Sequence record: DRR378314_69
Direction: 5' to 3' (one strand)
Length of the DNA: 41,442 nucleotides
The notes under the pieces were generated by a model. It saw only the letters and a program-made list of their open reading frames with translations, was not told the DNA's origin and searched no databases. The position numbers and the translations under genes were made by a program. This document shows positions 20,134 through 29,525 of the stretch, in pieces; positions within the stretch are counted from its first letter, which is position 1; each line of letters starts with the position of its first letter.

Positions 20134-20168
20134 TCCAATTCTTCTCTTTCGTTATCGAACTTGTTTTC

Positions 20169-20202
20169 ATTATTATGACTAAGTATGACATTTTTATGAA
20201 AG
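20169..20202 (-). promoter_or_regulatory. Pho box and -10 element of the autoregulated phoB promoter
   Basis: Minus strand CTTTCATAAAAATGTCAT (20202-20185), then 10 nt, then AATAAT; same geometry as the E. coli phoB promoter. Confidence 0.8.
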
Positions 20203-20409
20203 TGTAACGTGTAAATTAAAATGAGCGAAAAAAAAACACAAACAACGCAAAAAAAGTATTAAAACTCATCAATTAGACTTGGTTCAAGCAACCTTTTCTT
20301 ACTTTACTGCAAATGAAGTAGATCAGTAACCAATATAATTAATCTTCAGCTATTAGCTTTTTAGTTTTAAAAATAGCCTCAGCCTATTCCAATGTAAAAA
20401 TAAGTTATG

Positions 20410-20655
20410 GATCAAATTCATACCAAGTAAACAAATTCGGATCATGCTTATACTAACTAACTTGGATCTGGGATCATGATTGTACTAACACAAGAATGTA
20501 AGGCGTTGATCATTTGTACAAACGATACAATTTACGCTGGATTTTCAAACAAAAAACACATATTAGATCGTGATCCTTAGTAAAAGATTGATCTCAAGAA
20601 TAAAGCGTTGGTAAAAACCCGATCTTTTCCTTTATTAGTTAGTAAGGGAATGATC
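20410..20655. repeat. GATC-rich, helically phased array of six 18-bp GATC-N7-TACYAAS repeats (3 forward, 3 reverse)
   Basis: Forward copies at 20410-20427, 20440-20457 and 20472-20489; reverse copies at 20576-20593, 20607-20624 and 20638-20655. Ten GATC sites in 246 bp, plus one at 20321. Confidence 0.85.
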
Positions 20656-20674
20656 TTTCTTAATTGTGCGGGCA

Positions 20675-20708
20675 TAAAAAAAGCCAGCTCTTTGCAGATA
20701 CTGGCTTT
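20675..20708 (-). terminator. Terminator of epd-pgk-fba
   Basis: AAAGCCAG...CTGGCTTT stem with a U-tract on the minus strand, just after the fba stop. Confidence 0.75.
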
Positions 20709-20725
20709 ATTTTCAATCTATTAAG

Positions 20726-21790
20726 TTACTTAACTTGTGGATCTAACTCACCAGATAAGTATTTAAGATGCATTTCATCAAGTGAGATTGGCTTGATCTT
20801 ACTTGCTTGACCCGCAGTGCCAAACGCTTCATAGCGCGCTACACAGATCTCAGTCATTGCTTTCGTTGCTTCAGCAAGGTATTTTCGTGGATCAAAGTTT
20901 GATGGGTTTAGTGCTAAGTGACGACGAATCGCACCTGTTGATGCTAAACGTAAATCTGTATCAATGTTTACTTTACGAACACCAAATTTAATACCTTCAA
21001 CGATCTGCTCAACTGGAACACCATACGTTTCAGGGATTTCACCACCATATTGATTGATAATTTCAAGCCACTCTTGTGGTACTGATGACGAACCATGCAT
21101 TACAAGGTGAGTATTAGGAATACGTGCATGTATCGCTTTAATACGATCGATTGCTAAGATGTCATCCGTTGGTGGGCGTGTAAATTTATAAGCTCCGTGA
21201 GAAGTACCACAGGCAATTGCAAGCGCATCACAGTGAGTTTTGCTAACAAAGTCAGCGGCTTCTTCTGGATCTGTTAGCATTTGATCTGTAGTTAATTTAC
21301 CTTCAGCACCAACACCGTCTTCCTCACCAGCTTCGCCAGTTTCAAGAGAACCTAAAACACCTAACTCGCCTTCAACCGATACACCGCATGAATGAGCAAG
21401 CTCAACTGTTTTACGTGTTACATCAACATTATACTCATAGCTTGAAGGTGTTTTCCCATCAGTCATTAATGAGCCATCCATCATTACAGATGAAAAACCT
21501 AACTGGATTGAACGCTGACAAACGCCAGGTGAAGTACCGTGATCCTGATGCATAACCACTGGGATGTGTGGCCATTCTTCGATGGCAGCTAAAATCATAT
21601 GACGAATAAATGGGGCGCCAGCATAGGCACGAGCACCGGCTGAACCTTGCACAATTACAGGGCTATTTGTTTTATCAGCCGCCATCATAATAGCGCGGAT
21701 TTGCTCTTGGTTATTAACGTTAAAAGCTGGCACGCCGTAACCATTTTCAGCTGCATGATCAAGAAGTTGTCGCATACTGATTAAAGCCAT
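20726..21790 (-). CDS. fba: Fructose-bisphosphate aldolase class II (type B)
   Basis: [36 protein letters not shown] and KVNIDTDLR motifs. Confidence 0.97.
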   Translation of the reverse strand: MALISMRQLLDHAAENGYGVPAFNVNNQEQIRAIMMAADKTNSPVIVQGSAGARAYAGAPFIRHMILAAIEEWPHIPVVMHQDHGTSPGVCQRSIQLGFSSVMMDGSLMTDGKTPSSYEYNVDVTRKTVELAHSCGVSVEGELGVLGSLETGEAGEEDGVGAEGKLTTDQMLTDPEEAADFVSKTHCDALAIACGTSHGAYKFTRPPTDDILAIDRIKAIHARIPNTHLVMHGSSSVPQEWLEIINQYGGEIPETYGVPVEQIVEGIKFGVRKVNIDTDLRLASTGAIRRHLALNPSNFDPRKYLAEATKAMTEICVARYEAFGTAGQASKIKPISLDEMHLKYLSGELDPQVK

Positions 21791-21804
21791 TGGGTATTCT
21801 CCAA

Positions 21805-21989
21805 ATTATCGATAGCTGCGTAAACGCAACACTACCTAGTCGAACGGAATAGTTTAATTCGATGCATTCACTGCATCACGACAGTCTTGGCACTTGCCAA
21901 ACCTACCGCCAACACAAACCAGTAATTAAATAAGGGTGAGAGGTATTTAATTAATGGTGTTAGCCGGTGTAAGTAAATTTACTTACACC
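21805..21989 (-). other. Structured intercistronic RNA (5-6 consecutive hairpins) between pgk and fba
   Basis: Perfect 24-bp palindrome GGTGTAAGTAAATTTACTTACACC (21966-21989) plus further stems whose mismatches are G-U pairs on the minus (mRNA) strand. Confidence 0.65.
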
Positions 21990-22005
21990 AACAAGCATGC
22001 TCGTT

Positions 22006-23181
22006 TTATTTAGCACGCTCTTCTAGCATAGCAACAGCTGGCAATTTTTTCCCTTCTAAAAATTCAAGGAAAGCACCGCCACCGGTTGAAATGTATGAAA
22101 CTTTATCGCCAATACCGTATTTATCAATCGCTGCTAGCGTATCGCCGCCACCAGCAATTGAGAACGCGTTTGAATCAGCAATCGCTTGTGCGATTGCACG
22201 CGTGCCATTACCAAACTGATCAAATTCGAACACCCCAACAGGGCCATTCCAAACAACAGTGCCAGCGTTGGCAATAATTTTAGCTAATTTACTCGCTGTA
22301 TCCGGGCCAATATCAAAAATCATATCATCACTGGTTACTTCACTAACATCTTTTAATGTTGCAACCGTTGATTCTGAAAATTCATTACCCACAACAACGT
22401 CGGTAGGCACTGGTATTTCACCATTGTTACTTTTAGCTGCTGCGCATAATTTATTTGCTTCATCTATCAAATCAGCTTCATAAAGTGATTTACCTACAGG
22501 ATGACCTGCCGCAGCTATGAAAGTATTTGCAATACCGCCACCAGTGACTAGCTGATCAACAATCGTTGAAAGTGAGTCAAGTACTGTTAATTTGGTTGAT
22601 ACTTTAGAACCACCAACAATAGCAACAAGCGGACGTGCTGGGTTATCAAGCGCTTTACCAAGGGCTTCTAGCTCTGCTGCCAATAAAGGGCCCGCACACG
22701 CAACGTCGGCAAATAAACCAACGCCATGGGTTGAAGCTTGTGCACGGTGAGCAGTACCAAAAGCGTCCATTACGTACACATCACATAGTGCAGCAAGCTT
22801 TTTAGATAATGCCTCGTCGTTTTTCTTTTCGCCAACATTAAAGCGTACGTTTTCAAACACAACCACTTCATTATCAGCGATTTCAACACCATCTAGGTAG
22901 TCTTTTTCAAGGCGTACTGTTTGTTCTAGTGCCTCATTTAAATAATCAACAACTGGAGCCAATGAAAACTCTTCGTTGTATTCCCCTTCCGTAGGACGGC
23001 CAAGATGTGACATCACCATTACTTTTGCGCCTTTTTCAAGGGCTAGTTTGATACTTGGTAATGCTGCACGAATACGTGCATCTGAGGTCACTTTACCTGC
23101 TTTGACTGGTACATTTAAATCTTCACGAATTAAAACGCGTTTGCCGTTTAAATCTAAATCTACCATATTAATGACCGACAT
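22006..23181 (-). CDS. pgk: Phosphoglycerate kinase
   Basis: [29 protein letters not shown] and [11 protein letters not shown] motifs. Confidence 0.98.
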   Translation of the reverse strand: MSVINMVDLDLNGKRVLIREDLNVPVKAGKVTSDARIRAALPSIKLALEKGAKVMVMSHLGRPTEGEYNEEFSLAPVVDYLNEALEQTVRLEKDYLDGVEIADNEVVVFENVRFNVGEKKNDEALSKKLAALCDVYVMDAFGTAHRAQASTHGVGLFADVACAGPLLAAELEALGKALDNPARPLVAIVGGSKVSTKLTVLDSLSTIVDQLVTGGGIANTFIAAAGHPVGKSLYEADLIDEANKLCAAAKSNNGEIPVPTDVVVGNEFSESTVATLKDVSEVTSDDMIFDIGPDTASKLAKIIANAGTVVWNGPVGVFEFDQFGNGTRAIAQAIADSNAFSIAGGGDTLAAIDKYGIGDKVSYISTGGGAFLEFLEGKKLPAVAMLEERAK

Positions 23182-23235
23182 GGACTTCTCCTTAGTTAAC
23201 GATACTGACTTGAATAAAAATTCTTAATTATATTT

Positions 23236-24252
23236 CTAGTTTTCTGCAACCATCATACACCGTGCGGTGTCGATCATGCGGTTGGCAAATCCCCATTCAT
23301 TATCACACCAGACTAATAACTTTATCAGTCGTTTATGACTAACTCGTGTCTGCGTGCCATCAATAATACATGAGTGTGCGTCATGGTTAAAATCAACAGA
23401 GACCAATGGCTCCTCTGTATAACTTAAAATACCTTCTAATCTATCTCTCGCAGCCGCTTTTAAAGCTTTATTTACTGTAACTAAATCTACGTCTGTATTG
23501 ACTGTGACGCTCAAATCCATCGCCGTAACATTGATAGTAGGCACTCGCACAGCGATGGCTTCAAATCGGCCATGAAATTTGGGTAATATCCGCTCAATAC
23601 CGCGTGCTAACTTTGTGTCTACCGGAATAATTGATTGGCTTGCTGCACGAGTACGGCGTAAATCATGATGATAAGCATCAATGACTTGCTGATCATTCAT
23701 CGAGGCATGAATAGTGGTGATTGCACCCGATTCAATTTCAAATGCATCATCAAGCACTTTAATAACAGGTACAATACAGTTTGTTGTACATGAGCCGTTA
23801 GATACTATTGTGTGCGCAGCGGTTAATTCATCGTCATTGATACCATAAACGATAGTGGCATCTACATCAGCATCCGCAGGTTGAGAAAATAATACCTTTT
23901 TTGCACCCGCATTTAAGTGAAGTTGTGCATGTTCACGAGAATGAAACACCCCTGTGCACTCTAGTACCACATCGATATCAAGTACCTGCCAAGGAAGTTC
24001 ACACGGATTTTCTTCGCAAAATAATGCAATTGAATCGCCGGCAACATTGATACAATCTTCACCGAGTGTAACAGGAAATTTGAAACGTCCATGAGACGTA
24101 TCATATTTAAGGAGGTGAGCGATCCCTTTAGGATCCGCTAATTCATTAATAGCAACAATTTTGATCTCATCGCTTAGCCCTGATTCATACAGCGCTCGGA
24201 CGATATTTCGACCAATTCGACCAAAACCATTAATTGCAAGTTTGATTGCCAT
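23236..24252 (-). CDS. epd: D-erythrose-4-phosphate dehydrogenase
   Basis: GAPDH-family fold ([14 protein letters not shown]) with Epd-specific [17 protein letters not shown] and [12 protein letters not shown]; upstream of pgk. Confidence 0.96.
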   Translation of the reverse strand: MAIKLAINGFGRIGRNIVRALYESGLSDEIKIVAINELADPKGIAHLLKYDTSHGRFKFPVTLGEDCINVAGDSIALFCEENPCELPWQVLDIDVVLECTGVFHSREHAQLHLNAGAKKVLFSQPADADVDATIVYGINDDELTAAHTIVSNGSCTTNCIVPVIKVLDDAFEIESGAITTIHASMNDQQVIDAYHHDLRRTRAASQSIIPVDTKLARGIERILPKFHGRFEAIAVRVPTINVTAMDLSVTVNTDVDLVTVNKALKAAARDRLEGILSYTEEPLVSVDFNHDAHSCIIDGTQTRVSHKRLIKLLVWCDNEWGFANRMIDTARCMMVAEN

Positions 24253-24316
24253 TCGAAAGAAAATCCACTCTAGTTGCTTGCAGATAAAGGCAATCTGCCT
24301 TTTTGATGGCGGTATT

Positions 24317-24421
24317 GTAATCGACCTTGAGATTGAATATAAGAGCTGAACAGCAGAAACTTAAAATTAACCCTATTTCGATGGCCCACATTTTGGTAAT
24401 CGACCTTGAGATTGAATATAA
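24317..24421. repeat. Perfect 26-bp direct repeat (2 copies, 79-bp period) upstream of epd
   Basis: GTAATCGACCTTGAGATTGAATATAA at 24317-24342 and 24396-24421. Confidence 0.9.
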
Positions 24422-24488
24422 AAGGCAAAGTTAAATAAATGTTTAGCCCTTCCTTTTAACGAAACTAATTTCGCTAACTAGGGCGTAC

Positions 24489-24752
24489 CTATATTCTAAA
24501 AATTTTTCTAATTAAACTGGCCGTTAGTAGTGAAACAACCATAATCACAATGCAATAGGTAACAAGCATCGTTGAAGAGGTCGCAAGCTCAATTAATTGG
24601 TTATTCTCCCCAGTACAAAAGTTAGTTTCATAGTTAAACGTACCACTATTGTCTAAACAACTGTCAGCGAGTAAGAATCCGTGTAGCCACCACACAACAA
24701 CTAAACTGGCTGACACGCCAACTAATGAAGGCAGTAAAGTATTTTTCATCAT
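24489..24752 (-). CDS. Small two-TM membrane protein with a Cys pair in the loop (ORF track extends to 24827)
   Basis: MMKNTLL start; TM - DSCLDNSGTFNYETNFC - TM layout. Confidence 0.6.
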   Translation of the reverse strand: MMKNTLLPSLVGVSASLVVVWWLHGFLLADSCLDNSGTFNYETNFCTGENNQLIELATSSTMLVTYCIVIMVVSLLTASLIRKIFRI

Positions 24753-24816
24753 AAAACCAATTGAATTACTAAATTTCAGTATGTTAGGGTAACAAATAAC
24801 ATTCAATTTAACTGCT

Positions 24817-25461
24817 TTAAAGTGCAACTTTTACTATATCAGCCAGCTTTAGTTCATTTGCACAACTAATATGATGACACTGTGCCAATAACAATTCAGC
24901 TGTAGCAGTCGCATCCGTTAATGCGTGATGGTTAGCGTAATAAGGTAGCCCATAGCGTGCCCTGCATGCTGAAAGCGTTAAGTCATCTAATGCTATTTCT
25001 TGCCCCTGTTGTAGTAGGCGCTTTTTTTCAATTTGGAAGGTATCAACAATTAATTTCGGTTTAGCACTAATACCATGTGCTTTGAAAGCACACTTTAAAA
25101 AACTCCAATCTAAAGTTGCATTATGAAACACTAAAATGGCGTCATCAAAGTGCCTACTGAGCTTGTTTAAAATGTCACTCAAGCTTTGCCCCTGAGCGAC
25201 CTCTTGTTGGGCAATTCCATGAAAAATCGGGCTTTGCTCAAGTTGTTTAACTTCTTTATTAATGTAGTGCTCTGCTTTACTTAACTTTATACACTGCTGA
25301 TCCACCAGCACCCATGCTACAGAGACTATTTCATGCTGCTTTGCGTCTAGCCCTGTTAGCTCTAAGTCAATGACAAGATAACGCTGACTGAACACACTTT
25401 TAGCGAGCAACCTTTGTCGTGATATGTATTCACTTAACCACCGTTTAACCACGTTTAGCAC
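24817..25461 (-). CDS. DEDDh 3'-5' exonuclease (DnaQ-like) associated with DUF294 proteins
   Basis: ExoI IDLELTG, ExoII FHNATLDWSF and ExoIII HHALTDA motifs. Confidence 0.9.
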   Translation of the reverse strand: MLNVVKRWLSEYISRQRLLAKSVFSQRYLVIDLELTGLDAKQHEIVSVAWVLVDQQCIKLSKAEHYINKEVKQLEQSPIFHGIAQQEVAQGQSLSDILNKLSRHFDDAILVFHNATLDWSFLKCAFKAHGISAKPKLIVDTFQIEKKRLLQQGQEIALDDLTLSACRARYGLPYYANHHALTDATATAELLLAQCHHISCANELKLADIVKVAL

Positions 25462-25476
25462 CTAAATTATGAACCA

Positions 25477-27327
25477 TTACAAACTGCCTCGCGCAAATTT
25501 AAAGGCGGCGGCTTGTTGAGCTTGTTTGATTAAATAAAATGCCTCTTTTAGTTGATGGCGTTCTAGTGAATTTAACTTATCAGGGTTTATGCAATTACTG
25601 GGTAAACCCTCTTCGTTAATCTGTGTTCTTAACCGCAACTGAGTTAAAAATCGCCAACAATCCTTTAAGTTATATACATCTTGATTATTAAGCTGAGGGT
25701 ACTTCAATAACGCATCGAGGCGCTCTTGTGTATTTGCCCGGCGAACACCCGCTTTAAGCGCATACAAACGCACAATGTCATTGATGATGACTACACCCCG
25801 TTTTTTTAAATCTATGTACTTATGCTGTTTGGCATCTTTTTCTAACTTAAACTGATTAAACAAACCTATAGGCACTGGCGTCGATTTAATATCGCTGGCC
25901 ATGGCCGCATAAAATAACTCGTCACGCGAAATGCGCGTAAGCTGTTCACAAAAACTGGTATAAAGTGAGTTAGAACCTTCAATAAATCGTAAATCAAAAA
26001 ATATTTTACAGTTAAGCATTGCCTCTGGCGTTGGGCTTTTTATCCACTTAAAAAAACGTTCACACCAATCTGAAATACTCATTCTACACAGCTCACTGCT
26101 GGCCATTATATTACCTGGACAACATCGGATACCGCATTCAACGAGCTGCTCACAAACAAACTCACCCATACGACGGAAATAATCTTGATGAACTTCACTT
26201 AAATCATCAGGTAATAGTAATCCATTGTCTTGATCTGAATGCAGTGTTTGCTCCTCACGCGCTTGCGAGCCAAAACAGATAAAACTAAAACTAGTGGGAG
26301 CTGCACCATTGTCTTCTTGAAATAGATGAATTAATCGTGATGTTAATGCGTCAGTTAAGCCGCTAAGTAACTTACCTATCAATGAAATATCATCGATGTT
26401 GTGTGAAAAACCACGCAATAATTCAGGTATTTCAGCAGCATAACGCTTTAGATCAACAATGCTATGCGCTTTATAAATACGGCCAATTAATTGTACAGGG
26501 TCACTTTTTTGTTGTCTGAGCAAATCTGTACTGGTGATCATACCCAATGCTTTGTGGTGTTCATCGAGTACCGGTAAGTGATGAATATTATGTTTAAGCA
26601 TTAAATGCAGCGCTGAAAAAACCCGATTATTCTCAAAGATGTATTTAGGTTTTTTACTCATTATTGAGTTGATCGCCTCTTTAGGATCAACCTCGTCTGC
26701 AAGTACACGATTACGTAAATCACGATCTGTTACCACCCCCACTAATCTCTCAAACTCAGTGATCATGATTGAGGAAACGCCATATTTTTTCATTTTCTTT
26801 GCCGTTTGGCGAATACTGGCATCAGGGGCTAAAGTAACCGCTTTACGAGACATTAATTCAGAGATCTTACGCTCCGACCAACTTTCGTTCTGACTTTTGT
26901 AATGTGATGAAAGTAATCGATTAGCATGTGCCCGCACAAAATATTGCTCGAACGGTTTATATTCGCGGCGCAAAAAATCAAAGGCATCTTGATTGAGCAT
27001 ATACACAATGCCCTCTTTTTGCGTTTCTAAACGATTTTGTATTGCCTCTCCGGTTAATAAAGATGGGAATCCAAAATAATCTCCCTGCGCTAAACGCGTG
27101 ATAACGTCACCTTTAGCATCCACTAAATCATATAAACCTGAGCGAATCAGAAACAATTTCGGTGATGCTGACTGCAACCACTGAGTCTGGTTTTCACGGG
27201 TTAAATAAATACTATCTAAGTGAGCGACAAAATAATCAGTGGCACTGCTGTCAATCTGACTAAACGGTGTTTGGGCTATAACAAATTGGGCGACTTCCTG
27301 CTGCTCATTATTCATAACTGTACTCAC
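25477..27327 (-). CDS. cNMP-binding / CBS-pair / DUF294 nucleotidyltransferase protein
   Basis: N-terminal cNMP-type domain (IRSG...GDYFG); two CBS domains (GVVTDRDLR, HHLPV); nucleotidyltransferase motif GSQAREEQTLHSDQDN; C-terminal FFDLR and IDLKKRG. Confidence 0.9.
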   Translation of the reverse strand: MSTVMNNEQQEVAQFVIAQTPFSQIDSSATDYFVAHLDSIYLTRENQTQWLQSASPKLFLIRSGLYDLVDAKGDVITRLAQGDYFGFPSLLTGEAIQNRLETQKEGIVYMLNQDAFDFLRREYKPFEQYFVRAHANRLLSSHYKSQNESWSERKISELMSRKAVTLAPDASIRQTAKKMKKYGVSSIMITEFERLVGVVTDRDLRNRVLADEVDPKEAINSIMSKKPKYIFENNRVFSALHLMLKHNIHHLPVLDEHHKALGMITSTDLLRQQKSDPVQLIGRIYKAHSIVDLKRYAAEIPELLRGFSHNIDDISLIGKLLSGLTDALTSRLIHLFQEDNGAAPTSFSFICFGSQAREEQTLHSDQDNGLLLPDDLSEVHQDYFRRMGEFVCEQLVECGIRCCPGNIMASSELCRMSISDWCERFFKWIKSPTPEAMLNCKIFFDLRFIEGSNSLYTSFCEQLTRISRDELFYAAMASDIKSTPVPIGLFNQFKLEKDAKQHKYIDLKKRGVVIINDIVRLYALKAGVRRANTQERLDALLKYPQLNNQDVYNLKDCWRFLTQLRLRTQINEEGLPSNCINPDKLNSLERHQLKEAFYLIKQAQQAAAFKFARGSL

Positions 27328-27363
27328 ATAAATAAGTGTATAAATACTGTACTGCTATCTGTT

Positions 27364-27395
27364 AAAAATAAAAAGCCCGACAAAAGTCGGGCTTT
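27364..27395 (-). terminator. Terminator after actP
   Basis: AAAGCCCGAC-AAAA-GTCGGGCTTT with a U-tract on the minus strand. Confidence 0.8.
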
Positions 27396-27418
27396 GAAAT
27401 ATATTACTAACATAATAT

Positions 27419-29143
27419 TTAGTGAGCGTGGGCTTCACTAGACCCTTTAGGGTTACGTATCCCTTCAACCATTTCTTGGATTTCAACAGGTGTTTCACCG
27501 GTTAGTTTCATTACAATTGCAGCAACACCAAAGTTAACAATCATACCAATCAAACCAATACCTTCAGGTGAAATACCTAAGAACCAATGCTCTGGGCTAT
27601 TTAGTTCAGGGCTAACAAATTTAAAGAAGATAATGTAAGCAGCAGTAAAGGTTATACCTGTTACCATGCCGGCAATTGCTCCCTCTTTATTCATCGATTT
27701 TGAGAAAATACCCATAATGATCGCCGGGAAGAAACTCGCAGCCGCTAAACCGAATGCAAATGCCACCACCGACGCCACAAAGCCGGGCGGGTTTATACCA
27801 AAGTATGCCGAGATAACAATCGCTACCATCGCTGCCAGCCTCGCTGCCAATAACTCTTGTTTATCACTGATGTCTGGTTTTAGGGTTCGCTTGAGTAAAT
27901 CATGCGACACAGAGGTCGAGATAACCAATAATAAACCCGCGGTTGTTGAAAGCGCTGCCGCTATACCACCCGCTGCAACTAATGCAATAACCCACGCTGG
28001 TAAGTTAGCAATCTCTGGGTTTGCCAACACCATAATATCGCGGTCAACTTTGACTTCATTTGCGCTACTTGGATCATCAATTTTGCCTGCGGTATAGAAC
28101 ATTTTGCCATCACCATTTTTATCATTAAAGGTGATAAGCCCTGTTCTTTCCCAGTTTTTAATCCAAGCAGGTGCTTGTGCGTACTCGGTACCACTGCCAT
28201 CTTTACCATTAATGGTATCAATCATGTTTACGCGAGCAAATGACGCAACTGCAGGTGCAGTGGTGTAAACAATCGCAATGAATACTAACGTCCATGCTGC
28301 AGAAATACGTGTATCTTTAACACGAGGAACCGTGAAGAAACGTACAATAACGTGTGGTAAACCCGCTGTACCCACCATCAAGGCACCAGTGATTGCAAAT
28401 ACATCAATCATACTCTTAGAGCCTTCGGTGTATTGGGCAAAACCAAGCTCAGAACTCAAGCCATCTAATTTATCCAACACATACATGCCAGAGCCATCAC
28501 TTAACGTAGCACCAAAGCCAGTTTGTGGGAAAAAGTGACCTGTCATCATCATTGAGATGAAAATTGCTGGCACTAAATAAGCGAATACAAGTACGCAGTA
28601 TTGTGCTACCTGAGTGTAGGTAATACCTTTCATGCCACCTAAAACAGCATAGAAAAATACGATAACCATACCAATATAAACACCCGTTTCAATTTCAACT
28701 TCTAAGAAACGAGAGAATACAACGCCTACGCCACGCATTTGCCCTGCAATATAAGTAAAGCAAATGAAAATAGCACAAAATATTGCCACCAAACGCGCTG
28801 TGCGAGAGTAGTAACGATCGCCAATAAAGTCAGGTACCGTAAATTTACCAAATTTACGTAGATAAGGTGCAAGGCACATAGCAAGTAGTACATAACCACC
28901 CGTCCAGCCCATTAGGTATACGCCACCGTCATAACCTGCGAACGAGATAATACCGGCCATTGAGATAAATGACGCCGCACTCATCCAGTCAGCAGCGGTT
29001 GCCATACCATTTGCAAGCGGCGGTACACCACCACCAGCGACATAAAACTCATTTGTTGAGCCAGCTCGGGCCCAAATTGCAATGCCGATATAAAGCGCGA
29101 AGCTTAAACCAACAATTAAAAACGTGAGTGTTTGAACATCCAT
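27419..29143 (-). CDS. actP: Sodium:solute symporter, acetate permease ActP-like
   Basis: NGMATAADWMSAASF, LGGMKGITYTQ, GTAGLPHVIVRFFT and AAALST motifs; lies in the acs/crbSR cluster. Confidence 0.88.
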   Translation of the reverse strand: MDVQTLTFLIVGLSFALYIGIAIWARAGSTNEFYVAGGGVPPLANGMATAADWMSAASFISMAGIISFAGYDGGVYLMGWTGGYVLLAMCLAPYLRKFGKFTVPDFIGDRYYSRTARLVAIFCAIFICFTYIAGQMRGVGVVFSRFLEVEIETGVYIGMVIVFFYAVLGGMKGITYTQVAQYCVLVFAYLVPAIFISMMMTGHFFPQTGFGATLSDGSGMYVLDKLDGLSSELGFAQYTEGSKSMIDVFAITGALMVGTAGLPHVIVRFFTVPRVKDTRISAAWTLVFIAIVYTTAPAVASFARVNMIDTINGKDGSGTEYAQAPAWIKNWERTGLITFNDKNGDGKMFYTAGKIDDPSSANEVKVDRDIMVLANPEIANLPAWVIALVAAGGIAAALSTTAGLLLVISTSVSHDLLKRTLKPDISDKQELLAARLAAMVAIVISAYFGINPPGFVASVVAFAFGLAAASFFPAIIMGIFSKSMNKEGAIAGMVTGITFTAAYIIFFKFVSPELNSPEHWFLGISPEGIGLIGMIVNFGVAAIVMKLTGETPVEIQEMVEGIRNPKGSSEAHAH

Positions 29144-29154
29144 TACTTAAGCTC

Positions 29155-29418
29155 CTATTCGTCTACGCCGTATTTTTTATCCAACGTATTCATTTTGAAA
29201 ACGTAAACAAAAATCAAAGCCACAAAGGTATAAATAGCGCCTTGCTGGGAGAACCAGAAGCCGAGTTTAAACCCAAAAAAACGTACTTCATTAAGTACAT
29301 CTACCAGTAAAATGCCAAAACCAAACGACACAACAAACCACACTGCTAATAATTTAAATAGCAGCGAAATGTTTTCCGCCCAGTAAGCTTTTGCTTGTTC
29401 TTCATCTTTAAAAGCCAT
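29155..29418 (-). CDS. DUF4212 small subunit of the solute symporter
   Basis: AYW..N...L.VWF.VSFG and GFKLGFWFSQQGAI motifs; directly upstream of the SSS gene. Confidence 0.88.
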   Translation of the reverse strand: MAFKDEEQAKAYWAENISLLFKLLAVWFVVSFGFGILLVDVLNEVRFFGFKLGFWFSQQGAIYTFVALIFVYVFKMNTLDKKYGVDE

Positions 29419-29502
29419 TTTTATTTCCTCTTCAACATCGTTAAAAGTGATGTGTTTTTTATTTTCGTTATTAAACTTAGCAATGCCTTAACAAGATTGA
29501 TT

Positions 29503-29518
29503 TGAGACCATAGTCGTA
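29503..29518. promoter_or_regulatory. Candidate CrbR site (GAC-N4-GTC palindrome), proximal to DUF4212-actP
   Basis: TGAGACCATAGTCGTA; the same motif recurs at 29648, 39997 and 40116. Confidence 0.6.
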
Positions 29519-29525
29519 ACATCAA

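Noticed and set aside
20410-20655. GATC array as the chromosomal oriC
   Set aside because: No perfect DnaA boxes (TTATCCACA) are visible, and the flanking genes are fba/phoB rather than gidA/mioC/dnaA. Two sites only loosely resemble DUE 13-mers.
20410-20655. GATC array as a CRISPR array
   Set aside because: Repeats are 18 bp, degenerate and in both orientations, with only 12-14 bp between them; no cas genes are present.
23236-24252. Calling this gene gapA
   Set aside because: Epd-specific segments ([17 protein letters not shown]) and its position before pgk indicate epd.
24317-24421. 26-bp direct repeat as a mini-CRISPR
   Set aside because: Only two copies with a 53-bp spacer, no cas genes or leader, and the flanks also share similarity, which fits a local duplication better.
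24753-24827. N-terminal extension of the small membrane protein
   Set aside because: Starts at a TTG overlapping the exonuclease stop; the MMKN start gives a more typical protein.
24817-25461. Calling this gene dnaQ (DNA polymerase III epsilon)
   Set aside because: It has the DEDDh core but lacks the C-terminal alpha-binding tail, and it sits in the DUF294/actP context.
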